Source of the DNA: Acidobacteriaceae bacterium
Lineage (GTDB): Bacteria; Acidobacteriota; Terriglobia; Terriglobales; Acidobacteriaceae
Direction of reading: 5' to 3'
DNA length: 64,000 nucleotides
NCBI GenBank assembly: GCA_043782485.1
Contig: JAYWAL010000023.1
Coordinates: 38,336-102,335, forward strand
Numbering within the stretch: the first letter of the stretch is position 1; every line of letters begins with the position of its first letter. Positions 1-11,100 of the stretch are shown in pieces. The notes under the pieces are model-generated. The model saw nothing but the letters and a program-made list of their open reading frames with translations, ran no database searches and was not told the DNA's origin. Position numbers and translations under genes: made by a program.

Positions 1-836
<836 letters not shown>

Positions 837-901
837 GCCCGATTATAACGACGCGGGAACCGATTGCCGGTAACTCGGAAGTAACATGTACGCAGTCGAT
901 C

Positions 902-1648
902 CTAGTTCCCCAGCGAAAAAATCACGCTGATTTTGGTGTCCACCTCAATCGGATCGCCGTTCAGCACATACGGCCGGTAGCGCCACTGCTTCACCGCATT
1001 CAGCGCCGCTCCCACCAGCATCGGATGCCCCTTGAGAATTTGCAGATTTTCAATCGTGCCCTGCTTGCTGATGAGCGCGGCAATTTCCACCGGGCCTTGA
1101 ATGCGAGCCCGCTTCGCCAGCTCCGGGTAGTCCGGCTGCACGCGATGAACCAGATAGCCGTCCATCATCACCGAGACCCGCACCGGACGGGCTGGCTTGG
1201 GTAACGCCGGTGGAACCGCCAGTCCTAAAATCGTGACGCCACCGGGGACGCCCGTTTCCGGAACGGCCACACCCACGCACTTCGCGCACGGAGCCTCGGC
1301 TTCCGGCGGCGCGGCGGTATCGGGACCAAGCGCAATGGTCTTAGGAACTTCGCGCGGTACGGTGAAAGCGTTCGTGCGGGGCGACGCGGAAACGCTCGCG
1401 GACGATGGCGACCGCACCGCTGGGGCTTCCACATGCGGAAGAAAGATGGGCACCAGATGCGGCGTCAGGTTCAGGTTTGGCAGTAGGCTGGGCTGCAACA
1501 ACGGAATCAGCAGCACCACGGTCACAGCCGTGGCTTGCAGAGTAAAAGACGTGAGCGTAGCCCATCCTCGGCGCGGATTGGGCAGCGTAAATTCGTGGGC
1601 GATGGTCAGCATGACGGTGGCCTCCTGGCAACTCTCCAGATTGGACAC
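902..1648 (-). CDS. TonB family energy transducer (C-terminal TonB_C domain)
   Basis: 248-aa ORF with an N-terminal TM segment and a Pro-rich linker. The C-terminus YPELAKRARIQGPVEIAALISKQGTIENLQILKGHPMLVGAALNAVKQWRYRPY is typical of TonB_C. Confidence 0.8.
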   Translation of the reverse strand: MSNLESCQEATVMLTIAHEFTLPNPRRGWATLTSFTLQATAVTVVLLIPLLQPSLLPNLNLTPHLVPIFLPHVEAPAVRSPSSASVSASPRTNAFTVPREVPKTIALGPDTAAPPEAEAPCAKCVGVAVPETGVPGGVTILGLAVPPALPKPARPVRVSVMMDGYLVHRVQPDYPELAKRARIQGPVEIAALISKQGTIENLQILKGHPMLVGAALNAVKQWRYRPYVLNGDPIEVDTKISVIFSLGN

Positions 1649-1745
1649 CGCTCATCGCCCGGAAAGTTCCAGGCTTGATACAAGAAAAACGGACCGCGAG
1701 TTAAGCGGTCCGTCGGGAACTTTTCGTACTGTTCCAGTGTCTGAG

Positions 1746-2378
1746 TTAGTTAGGTTTCGGCGCGGCGGGCTTGGGCGTCGCGGCCTTAGGCGCGGCGGCA
1801 GCCGGTTTCGCCGGAGCGGGCACGTCCGATTGGGCATTGTAGGCATCGACCACGGCCTTGGTCAGGTCGGTGGTGTCATTCGCCCAAATCAATTCGCCTT
1901 CCGGCCAGGCGCGCGTCGCATCCAGAATCAAGCCCAGGCCATTGTCCTTGGCGTACTTATTCACCACGGGAATCATCTTCTGGACAATCTTTCCGGCAAT
2001 CTCGTTCTGCTGCGCTTGCAGTTCGCTCTGCGCGTCTTCGCTGGAGCGCGTCAGGGTCTTCTGCTTGGCTTCAATCTTCTTCACCAGTTCGGCGCGGGCG
2101 TCGTCGTTCAACTTCGAACCCTGCGTGTCCAGCTGCTTCTTCAAACTATCCAGTTCATCGCTCAGGTTCTTGAGTTCGGTGCGCTTGGGTTCAAACTTCT
2201 TGGCAAGACCGTCGAAATCACGCTGGCCTTCGTTGGTGGCGACAATGGCGGTTTGCATGTTGATGATGCCAACCTTGGTCCCGCCAGCCGTGGTGGCCTG
2301 GCCCAGCGCCAAGGGTGACAGCGCCAGAGATGACAGTAAGGTAGCAGCCAGAATTGCAGGTGCGAACGTTTTGCTCAT
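1746..2378 (-). CDS. skp: OmpH/Skp periplasmic chaperone
   Basis: 210 aa with a signal peptide and a long coiled-coil-like KxxELxxL region. It lies immediately downstream of bamA, which is the conserved arrangement. Confidence 0.85.
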   Translation of the reverse strand: MSKTFAPAILAATLLSSLALSPLALGQATTAGGTKVGIINMQTAIVATNEGQRDFDGLAKKFEPKRTELKNLSDELDSLKKQLDTQGSKLNDDARAELVKKIEAKQKTLTRSSEDAQSELQAQQNEIAGKIVQKMIPVVNKYAKDNGLGLILDATRAWPEGELIWANDTTDLTKAVVDAYNAQSDVPAPAKPAAAAPKAATPKPAAPKPN

Positions 2379-2652
2379 GGTATTAGCTTGAACTCCTTGG
2401 ATTTTTTCCGGAAAATTTGGAAGCCTCTCAGGCGCTTGCCGGACTGCTCGCCGCGGGCTCCCACTAGTGGAGGACGGGAACCGGCCCGCTCTGGGTCAAT
2501 AACTTGCCGCTGTCTACCTCTTTGCAACGACGCAGGCGCGTACCCCCCAAGTATAGTTGCCTCCTCGTGCCAGCGTCAAACGAATCGGAATCACCATCAC
2601 CACGCAGGGGCAGGCGCCCTCGCCTGCCCAGCAAGAAAAAATCTCACCCATC

Positions 2653-5598
2653 CTAGAACGTGGTCGCCACGGTAAACCGAAATGTCTTTCGCGGCTCGCG
2701 AATCCGGAATTGAGCGCCGTAGGCGGCAATCGCGGCCTGGGCATTGGAGTCTCCGGCACCACCCAGCGGAAACAGGCTGCGAAAGGTTTTCGTATCCAGC
2801 AACAACGGATTCTGCGCTCGATCATCCAACCGCAAGGGGTTGTAGGCGTAGTAAATACGGAACGGAGCGTTCACGACCGGCAGGAAGACCTGCAATTCCA
2901 ATCCCGTCGACATACGCGGATACCAGTTGGTTCCGGGAACCAGGGGCACGGCCTGCGAAATGTGGAGAGTGCTGCTCAGATCAATGGATTGACATTCGTT
3001 GGTCAGAGGGTCTCGTGTTGCGCACCCGTACAACGTACTTTTCAAATTCTTAAACTGTGCGTCCCCGATCCGGAGCTGCGATTTTCGTATAACTGGATTC
3101 ATGCCAACATCCAGGAACGGAGCGATGGTCACCGGGCCGGCGATGGTGATGCGATATTCAAAGTTCGCAACCAGACTGGTGTCACCGCCCGGAATGACCA
3201 GGCTTTGCACCGGCAGCGGAACGAACCAGCAATTCGAATGCGGTACATCATTCGGATCGCAGCGGCTGACAGTGTTCTTCGGATCTTTGGGAATGTACAT
3301 GCCGGACGCATCCCGCAGCGGGTATTGCACCGTGCTCGTGAAATACGCATACGGCGTAATCGTCCGCGTATCAAACCCACGCAAATCGTTCTCGCCGCCC
3401 AAATAGTAGCGGTCTTGCGGAGGCGAAACCAGCCCGGCATATCCGGTCAGGAACGAGGCTTGGAAATTCATGCCGAAGGCATTCCTGCCCTTGTTGACCG
3501 GAATGAACTGCTTGTACGCGAATACCGGCCGCACGTAGCGCACGTTGCCGCCAATGCCGGTGATTTCCGCCGCAATCGATACGCTCTTGCCATGGTGCGG
3601 CGACGTCGGACTGTCAATCGTACTGAAGCTGAAGCTGGGCGTGATTTGGCTGGTGATGATCCCGTTCAAAGCGTTCGGGCCGGAAAAATTGCGGAACGCC
3701 AGATTCTGAAACAGCGCCGTCGACTGCGTGTTGTAGGTCTGCGTCGAGGAGTTCTCCAGCAAATAACTGATGCCGATGCGCTTGAACGAATGGTGCAGCG
3801 CGTGGCTCATGCTCAACTGAATGCCCGTGCTCGACTGCGTGTAATTCAGAATATTCTGGAGTTGGTCCGAAGTCAGGTTGAGCTTTTGTCCGGTTTGCAG
3901 CTCGTAATTCTTGGCCTGATTGTAGTTGTATTTGCTGCTGAAAATGCGGATCCCAGCCTGAACCTGCCGGTCAAACAAATACGGCTCGGTAAAGCCCAGG
4001 CTGATGTTGCGCTGTTGGTTGCCGATCGAGGCTTGCAAATCCAAAGTTTCGCCCAAGCCAAACAAGTTGTTCGTGGCGTAGTTCAAGCCAATGAACGCGC
4101 CCGATAAGCCGCTGACGCCGCCGGTCAAGCCAATGCTGTTCTTGCCTTTTTCCTTCACCTTCAATGTCAAATCGACCAATCCGTTTTTCTCGTCCAGCTT
4201 GCGGTCGGTCACGTTGGGGTCGTCCGGCTTCAACTGCTCAAAGTATCCGAGCTGGTTCAACCGCAACAGGCTCAACTCCCACAAGCGCGAGTTGTAGGCT
4301 TGCCCTTCTTCGAGTACCACTTCGCGCCGGATCACCTTGTCGCGCGTGGTCGTGTTGCCTTCGAACTCAATGCGGCGCACCGAGAATTGCTTGCCTTCAT
4401 CCAGATCAATTTCCAGATTGATAATCTTCTTCTGCTCATCCACCTTGGTGTCCGGCAGGGACGTGAAATTGATGTACCCGAGTTCGCCGTAAGCCTTGCG
4501 CAAGGCTTCAATGCCTTTGCTCACCTTTTCACGATCAAAGACTGCGCCGTCCTGAATGGCAAACAATCCGCGCAGCGCCTTCATGTTGGTCACTGCCTTG
4601 CCGCCCTTGAATGTGATCACACCCAGGTGGTACAGCTCGCCCTCTTCAATGGGCATGGTGATGTCCACCGATTTGCCCGCGCCGCCGTGTACAAAAGGGA
4701 TCTTCAGCCCGGAAGCGCTGCCGGTATCGCGAATTTTGGTCTTCGGGTCCTGCACCACCGCGGTAAAGTAGCCGCGGTTCTGGAACTCCAAACGGACGCG
4801 CTCGGTGTCTTCGTCCAGCTTGCTGGCGTCGTAGGTTCGCGCAAACAGGTTTTCCAGGAAGATCGAATGCGGAATCCCCGTCGGCTTCAGGTTCTTCATG
4901 GCGCTGCGCAACACGCGCGATTTCACGTTCTTATTGCCCGTGAACACGATGCGCCCAACCTTTACTTTCGGGCCTTCCTTCACCACAAACGTAATACCCA
5001 CCGCTGCCGGAGGTATCTGCCGCACTTCCGTCCGCACGTTGGCGAACTGGCGTCCATGCTCGGACAGCAATCCCTTCAGAATCACTTCCGCATGCTTCAC
5101 TTTGGTGGGATCGTACTGGCTTTCCTTGGAGAGGCCGACCTTGGCCACCTTAAATCGTTCCAGGATGTCGCTGGTCGTCACCGAGCTAATGCCCAGGTAT
5201 TCGATGTCACGAATCACAGGCCGTTCTTTTACATACACATGCAGCACCCAGCCCTTGGGGGTCTGTTGCCGCTCAAAACGCACGTCTTCAAAATATCCCG
5301 TGTTCCACAAGGAGTTAAAGTCCCGCTCCAGGGCTGCCGCGTCGTAGCTATCGCCCGGACGGGAAAAGATCCGGGCCTTAATGGTTTCAGCGGGGATCTT
5401 GCGATTGCCGGTAACCTTAACGTCGGTCAGGATATCCTGCTGTGCCACGGCCCAGGGTGCTGCCACCAGCAAAAGGGCAGCCACCAGGCCCCATAGGCCC
5501 ACGGCGCACCGAGTCCGCCACCCAGCCTCAGAGTTTGGGGAGGAACCAATTGCGGCACAACCAGTGGGCGGCCGCCGACGGCTTCCCGTCGCGGGCAC
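2653..5598 (-). CDS. bamA: outer membrane protein assembly factor BamA
   Basis: 981-aa ORF with repeated POTRA-like modules (e.g. VTGNRKIPAETIKARIFSRPGDSYD, IVFTGNKNVKSRVLRSAM, IEFEGNTTTRDKVIRREV). It has a C-terminal beta-barrel ending in aromatic ...FRFTVATTF. The true start may be downstream of 5598. Confidence 0.95.
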   Translation of the reverse strand: MPATGSRRRPPTGCAAIGSSPNSEAGWRTRCAVGLWGLVAALLLVAAPWAVAQQDILTDVKVTGNRKIPAETIKARIFSRPGDSYDAAALERDFNSLWNTGYFEDVRFERQQTPKGWVLHVYVKERPVIRDIEYLGISSVTTSDILERFKVAKVGLSKESQYDPTKVKHAEVILKGLLSEHGRQFANVRTEVRQIPPAAVGITFVVKEGPKVKVGRIVFTGNKNVKSRVLRSAMKNLKPTGIPHSIFLENLFARTYDASKLDEDTERVRLEFQNRGYFTAVVQDPKTKIRDTGSASGLKIPFVHGGAGKSVDITMPIEEGELYHLGVITFKGGKAVTNMKALRGLFAIQDGAVFDREKVSKGIEALRKAYGELGYINFTSLPDTKVDEQKKIINLEIDLDEGKQFSVRRIEFEGNTTTRDKVIRREVVLEEGQAYNSRLWELSLLRLNQLGYFEQLKPDDPNVTDRKLDEKNGLVDLTLKVKEKGKNSIGLTGGVSGLSGAFIGLNYATNNLFGLGETLDLQASIGNQQRNISLGFTEPYLFDRQVQAGIRIFSSKYNYNQAKNYELQTGQKLNLTSDQLQNILNYTQSSTGIQLSMSHALHHSFKRIGISYLLENSSTQTYNTQSTALFQNLAFRNFSGPNALNGIITSQITPSFSFSTIDSPTSPHHGKSVSIAAEITGIGGNVRYVRPVFAYKQFIPVNKGRNAFGMNFQASFLTGYAGLVSPPQDRYYLGGENDLRGFDTRTITPYAYFTSTVQYPLRDASGMYIPKDPKNTVSRCDPNDVPHSNCWFVPLPVQSLVIPGGDTSLVANFEYRITIAGPVTIAPFLDVGMNPVIRKSQLRIGDAQFKNLKSTLYGCATRDPLTNECQSIDLSSTLHISQAVPLVPGTNWYPRMSTGLELQVFLPVVNAPFRIYYAYNPLRLDDRAQNPLLLDTKTFRSLFPLGGAGDSNAQAAIAAYGAQFRIREPRKTFRFTVATTF

Positions 5599-5743
5599 AG
5601 GCGTATCCTTATGAAAAAAGATGGCTCTACCTCAATCCGTAGGGGTTAGGCAAAACTTGAATTATACGGTAGGTTCCGGGTAACTGCGTAATCCGTACCA
5701 GGGAAAAACCGCCGCTAGCTGTCCTGTTTGCGAGTGAGCTTCG

Positions 5744-5769
5744 TATCAGGGCACCGCTTCAGCGGTGCC
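5744..5769. repeat. REP-like tetraloop hairpin GTATCAGG-GCACCGC-TTCA-GCGGTGCC
   Basis: 8-bp stem ggcaccgc/gcggtgcc with a ttca loop. A second copy in reverse orientation sits at 41428-41454 with compensatory stem changes. Confidence 0.7.
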
Positions 5770-5846
5770 GCAAGGGGTTGTTTTGAGCGCGCCTTCAGGC
5801 GCTGGGTTTTGAGATTTGCATTGAACCCGGCTCCTTACCCGGCTTC

Positions 5847-7964
5847 TTAGACGACTGACCGCACTAACTCCACCTCAACCAAGACGGAATAAAACGTTGC
5901 GGAGTTGCCTAGGTCGGTAAGTTTTTCTGAGGTTAAGGCGTTTATATTTTTTCCTCCGGCGGAAAGCTTGGCCCAGTTCAAGCGCGACGCCACCGTCCCC
6001 GGCTGCACCGAACCGTTCACATGCGCTCGCAGGATCAGGTCTCCCCGGTCGTTGAAGGTGCGCACTGAATCGCCATGCTGAATCCCACGAGCCAGAGCAT
6101 CGGCAGGCGCTATCTCTAACAAACCAGTGTCCTCCAGCTCCGCCACGGAGGGCGTATTGCAGAAAGACGAATTCAGGAAGTTGTCCGCTTTGCGCGCCAG
6201 CAGCTCCAGGGGAAACCGCTTCGCCGCCGCCGTGTGGCGGGATTCCTCCGGCGGCTCAAACGACGCCACCGGGTCCAGACCAGCGTTTTTCAGCTGTTCG
6301 CTGTAAAACTCAGCCTTGCCGCTGGGAGTGCCGAAGTTGCCTTCCGCAAATGGTTGAAAAGGCAGGGGCTCGCCGTTGTTGGCCATCCCGCTACTGAAAT
6401 TCAGCCGCGCATGCCCTTCTTTCTCGAGCCGCGCCCGGTCGATTCCCTTGAGCCTTGGCCCGCCCCCGGCAATGGCCCGGTCGATCATGCTGTCGTCCGT
6501 CTCGGTAAATTCACTCCCTGTAAAGCCCATGCGCGCCGCCAAGGCACGGAACAGGTCCACGTTCGACCTGCACTCCCCCAAGGGCTGGATGGCGGGCTGC
6601 GATACCTGCAAATAATAGTGGCCGTAAGACTGGACTAAGTCCTTGTGTTCAAAGAACGTAGTTGCCGGCAGGACAATATCAGCGTAGTCGGTGGTGTCGG
6701 TGAAAAACTGTTCGTGAACAACAGTGAATAAGTCCTTTCTTTTCAATCCGGCGATCACCAGGTTGTGGTTCGGAGTCACCGCCGCCGGGTTACAGGCATA
6801 GACGAACAAAGCCTGCACCGGAGGGTCGTTCGTCTCGGTTAGCGCGAGGCCGAGCCGATTCATGTTGATAACCCTCGCAGGACGCCCTAGCGGGCTCTCT
6901 GAGGCCATCAAGTCGGTTCGTTCGAGCGCATCCCTGTCCAGCCCAAACGACCCGCTGAGGGACATCTGGAGGCCTCCACCGACGTCTTTCCACGACCCCG
7001 TCAGGCACGGAAGCATGGCAACCGTCCGGGTGGCCATCCCGCCCCGTTCAGAGCGCTGGACACCGTAGTTGAGGCGAATTACGGCTGGCCGGGTGGTCGC
7101 GTATTCGCGAGCGAGCTTGCGAATGTCGTCGGCCGAGATTCCCGTCCATTGAGCGGCGCGTTCGGGGGGATATTCCTGGACTTTCGCCCGTAACTCATTG
7201 AAACCATGGGTGTACCGCGCTACATAGTCGGCGTCATGGAGGTTTTCGTTGATGATGACGTGCATCATGGCCAACGCCAGCGCGGCGTCGGTTCCTGGAT
7301 TGATGGGCAAATACCAATCCGCAGCGGCGGCGGTGCGGGTCTTGTAGGGGTCGATCACCACCAATTTGGCGCCCTGGCGGCGGGCCTCGGTGATAAACGG
7401 CCACAAATGCACGTTGTTGCCGTGGATGTTGCTGGCCCACGCGATGATGTAGCGCGACTCGCGGAACTGCTCCGGCTCGGTGCCCATTTTGACGCCCAGA
7501 ACGGACCTCAGGCCCGCTTCCCCGGCCGCCGAACAAATGGCACGTTCCAACTGGGATGCACCCAGGCGGTGGAAGAATCGCCGGTCCATGGAGCCGCCGT
7601 TGAGGACGCCCAGGGTCCCGCCGTAGGAATAGGGCAGGATCGACTCCGGTCCGTGCTCGGCGGCAATACTCTTCAGGCGCGAGGCAATTTCGTCGAGGGC
7701 TTCCTCCCAGGAAATGCGGACAAAATCCTGGCCGTTGCGATGGCCTTCGCCTTTGGGAGCCACGCGACGCATGGGGTAGAGCACGCGATCCGGCGAATAC
7801 ACGCGGTCCAGATATTTTGTGACCTTGGCGCAGAGAAATCCGCGCGTGACCGGGTGCTTGGGGTCGCCCTGGAGCTTAGTGGCGCGGCCGTCTTCCACTG
7901 TGATGAGGACTCCGCAGGCATCTGGGCAGTCGAGCGGGCAGGCGGCGTGGACTACGGACTTCAT
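5847..7964 (-). CDS. molybdopterin (bis-MGD) oxidoreductase family protein, cytoplasmic type
   Basis: 705 aa. N-terminal 4Fe-4S motif CPLDCPDACG...C, then AICSAAGEAG (Cys at the likely Mo-ligand position), then a C-terminal MopB barrel-like region. No twin-arginine signal. Confidence 0.85.
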   Translation of the reverse strand: MKSVVHAACPLDCPDACGVLITVEDGRATKLQGDPKHPVTRGFLCAKVTKYLDRVYSPDRVLYPMRRVAPKGEGHRNGQDFVRISWEEALDEIASRLKSIAAEHGPESILPYSYGGTLGVLNGGSMDRRFFHRLGASQLERAICSAAGEAGLRSVLGVKMGTEPEQFRESRYIIAWASNIHGNNVHLWPFITEARRQGAKLVVIDPYKTRTAAAADWYLPINPGTDAALALAMMHVIINENLHDADYVARYTHGFNELRAKVQEYPPERAAQWTGISADDIRKLAREYATTRPAVIRLNYGVQRSERGGMATRTVAMLPCLTGSWKDVGGGLQMSLSGSFGLDRDALERTDLMASESPLGRPARVINMNRLGLALTETNDPPVQALFVYACNPAAVTPNHNLVIAGLKRKDLFTVVHEQFFTDTTDYADIVLPATTFFEHKDLVQSYGHYYLQVSQPAIQPLGECRSNVDLFRALAARMGFTGSEFTETDDSMIDRAIAGGGPRLKGIDRARLEKEGHARLNFSSGMANNGEPLPFQPFAEGNFGTPSGKAEFYSEQLKNAGLDPVASFEPPEESRHTAAAKRFPLELLARKADNFLNSSFCNTPSVAELEDTGLLEIAPADALARGIQHGDSVRTFNDRGDLILRAHVNGSVQPGTVASRLNWAKLSAGGKNINALTSEKLTDLGNSATFYSVLVEVELVRSVV

Positions 7965-8178
7965 TTTTTGAATGATAAACGATTCCGGAAGTGGGAGGTC
8001 AACTGCGATTCACCACGGAGGCACGGAGAGAACCATACGAGGTCGGAGAGGAGACCACACAATCCAGCTTTGCCATGATTTGGAAACTGGAAAGCCCCGC
8101 CCTCTTTCGCAAAGAACGCGAAAGAAGGACGGGGCACCCGGTTGGGTTGTTGGCTTCAAATGGCGGTTTGTCTTTCCG

Positions 8179-11100
8179 CTACTTGATCACCTGTTTCAAA
8201 ACCAGCGATGTGCTGGTGGCGTAGTTGGCATTGCCCGAATAGACGGCTGTGATCGAATGCGTGCCTACACTCAGCGTCGATTTGGTGATCGCCGCCTTGT
8301 GCGTACTCGTGTTGATCGTAGCCGTACCCAGCGTTGCGCCGCCGTTCTTGAACGTCACCGTTCCAGTAGCTCCCGGGGTCACCGTTGCGGTGAAGGTTAC
8401 TGCTTTGCCGCTCTTGGCTGGGTTGAGCGAAGAGACGAGTGTGGTTTTGGTGGCTGCCTTCTTCACCGTTTGTGAGAGGGCTGCCGAACTGCCCGCGACC
8501 GTCGAGCTACCGCTGTAGACGGCCGTGATCGCATGCGCTCCCGTGATTAGCGAAGAAGTGGTCAGCTTCGCCTTTCCAGCGGCCACGGCCGCTGTTCCCA
8601 GCGTTGCCGCGCCGTTCTTGAACGTTACGGTTCCGGTGGCCGTCGCCGGAGATACCGACGCGGTAAACGTAACCGCTTGCCCGAACGACGAAGGATTCAG
8701 CGAAGAAACAACCGCCGTGGTGGATTTTGCGAGCACGGTGAAGGTGGCTGACTTGCTGCCTTCGACGTTACCCGCGCGATCTGTGCTATGGAACGCAATC
8801 GTGTGATGGCCCGCCGCAGTCACAGCCAAGGTGCCCGCGTAGGTTTTCACAGCTCCGCCATCGAGTTGGTAAACCGTGCTGGCCACGCCGCTCAGGCCAT
8901 CGCTCGCGCTCAAGCTGACTTGAACGGGATTCTTGCCCGTGAAGCTGGCCCCAGTTACGGGAGCGGTTTCATCAATATTGACCGCACCAGCTTGCTGGGA
9001 TTGCACGTTGCCAGCAATATCCTGGCTGAAGAACGTGAACGTATGTGCACCCTGCGCCGCTATGGCTACCGGAGCACTGTACGGCACGCAGGCACCAAGG
9101 TTGAGCGACGTACATGCCGGATTGTCCACCGCGTAGTAGCTGGCGGCGATGCCCGAACCCGTGGAACCAGCCCCGGGATCATTCGGAAGCACCGTCAGCT
9201 GCACGGAGGAATTGTTCCAGCCGGACACATTCGGACCGGGTGATTGCAGGTCCGTCGTCGCCGGGGCGATTGTGTCATAGCAAACTGGGCCGTAGGTCTG
9301 CACCCCGCCCCAGCCCGCGTTGTCCCAGGCGTGAACGAAGACAGTATGGCAGCCCTGGCTAACGCCACCGGAACAGCCACCGCCACTTACCAGTTCCAGA
9401 CAGCCGGTTGTGCTGTTGGGAAACTGAGGACCGCTATAGAAAGAATTACCGGAGCCCGGTGTGGCTTGGCTGTAGGCATCCCCCGGATCGGTATCCCAGG
9501 CCTGACTGAACCCGGCTACGCCAGTAGCGGGACGGCTGTTGCCCGTCGTATCCGCCACCGACCAACTCACGATCTGGTTGGAGTTGTACCAGGTGTTCGT
9601 GGTCGGTCCGGTGAACGTAGTGTTCGGAGCGCCGAAGTCGCCCGCGAGGTACGTATTGATGGACCAGGCGAGTTGTAGGGCGTTGAATGAGCCCCATCCG
9701 GTCGCGAGATCATAGCCACCGAAAGCGCAGTAGGAGCCCAACGCATTGGCCGCAGTGATGTCGTTGCTGTTGCATCCCGAGGTGATGTCATAGAAGGGAT
9801 AGTGCCCGGCGTACGGAGCATTCAACCCTTCGTAATACATGTACCAGTTGGGATTGCCCATGGGGGCGCAAGCACCGTTGCCGCAGGTATTGCCGACGAA
9901 AACCTGGTTCTCGTAATAGAGATAGGCGTTTTCCTGGGCGAAGAATCCGGCCAGTTCCGGGGCTACGATGCTGGTACCGCCGACGCCGCGCAGGACGCCG
10001 CCGAACATGTAGTTCTGCCCTATGGCTGCATTGAGCGAGACATCGGGGACGCTGCGGCTGCCTGTTCCGCAAGAGGGATTGCTGCCCTGATAGCCAGGCG
10101 CGGCAAACTTCTGACTGCAACCGCCACCACCGCCACCGTTGTTGCCAGCGCAACTGCCCGCTCCGGTACCGCCGGTCCAGGCGACTTCGCTGTTGTAGGT
10201 GGAATCGGAGTTCAGGAACAACGTGCTACCGCCCGCGGAGACGAGATCGGGATCGGAACCAGGATAGCTGACGCTGATGGTGGAGCAATCCGAGGTGGCA
10301 CCATGGTCGTGCGAGATGCCGACCAGCGACCAGCCCTGGCCGACCATGGCGTTGAAGATTCCGTGGTCGGTATCCATGGTGCCATTGTCGGCGCAGGAAA
10401 ATTCCGTGCAGCCCCAGCTCACGCTCATGGTGCGCGCATTACCGTCGGCCAGCATGTGGCTGTAGATATCGGTAAAGGTTGTGAGCAGGTTGTTTGCGCC
10501 CTGGTAAATGAACACAGACGATGTGTTTTGGAACGCGCCAAAACTGTTGGACATGGCAGTGGACCACTCGAAGTCGAGCGTTCCTTCGCTGTCGCAGCAG
10601 ACCGGAGTGCCATCAATGGGAATGGTGAACCAGTGATAGGCCAGGTAAGGGTACTGCGCCTGGAACAGGGCGAAGTCGTTGGTATCCTGCGCCCCCGCCG
10701 TGGCGATGGCAATGGAAGTGACCGGAGGTGTTCCGCCAGCGTTGTTAAAAGGATTGCAGCAATGCCCTTGCGCGTAAAGCGCATTGAAGTCATAGGCATT
10801 GGACCCATAGAGATCGGTCGGGTCATAGAAGCCGCTGGTGATGCCGGTTTTGATTTTGTTCTTGGACGCCTTGATCGCCGTCGCCAACTTCGCGTGGCTG
10901 CCGTTGAGGCCGCCCGAGGTCATTGCGCCCTTGGCGGGTCCAGCGGAGTAGCTCGGCATGGCTGGTTCCACCGCGTTGCGCAGGCCGGGCTTCATGGCCT
11001 GCATGTCATTCAGGCCCATGACGGAATGCACCACTCCGGCCACGCTGCCCGCGATTTGCGGCGCGCGGTCATTGGAGAAATGCACTTCCGCTCCGACCTG

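Noticed and set aside
2557-4107. Long plus-strand ORF (516 aa) and similar large antisense ORFs: 1197..2318, 4300..5496, 9802..11277, 23568..24347, 37447..38151, 43403..44416, 57106..57756, 59481..60185.
   Set aside because: Each lies wholly opposite a gene with strong family motifs (bamA, skp, the S53 peptidase, mltG, lpxI, the M20 peptidase, nadC, valS). Their translations are Arg/Gly/His/Pro-rich with no recognisable domains. This is typical of shadow ORFs in GC-rich DNA.
7965-8178. Moco riboswitch or other leader element upstream of the molybdopterin oxidoreductase gene.
   Set aside because: The region contains a long hairpin (ccccgccctctttcgc / gcgaaagaaggacgggg, about 8095-8135). It also contains sequences that look like the genome's generic repeats (ttcaccacggaggcacggag). 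I cannot match the region to the Moco motif from memory. The hairpin may simply terminate the upstream S53 gene.
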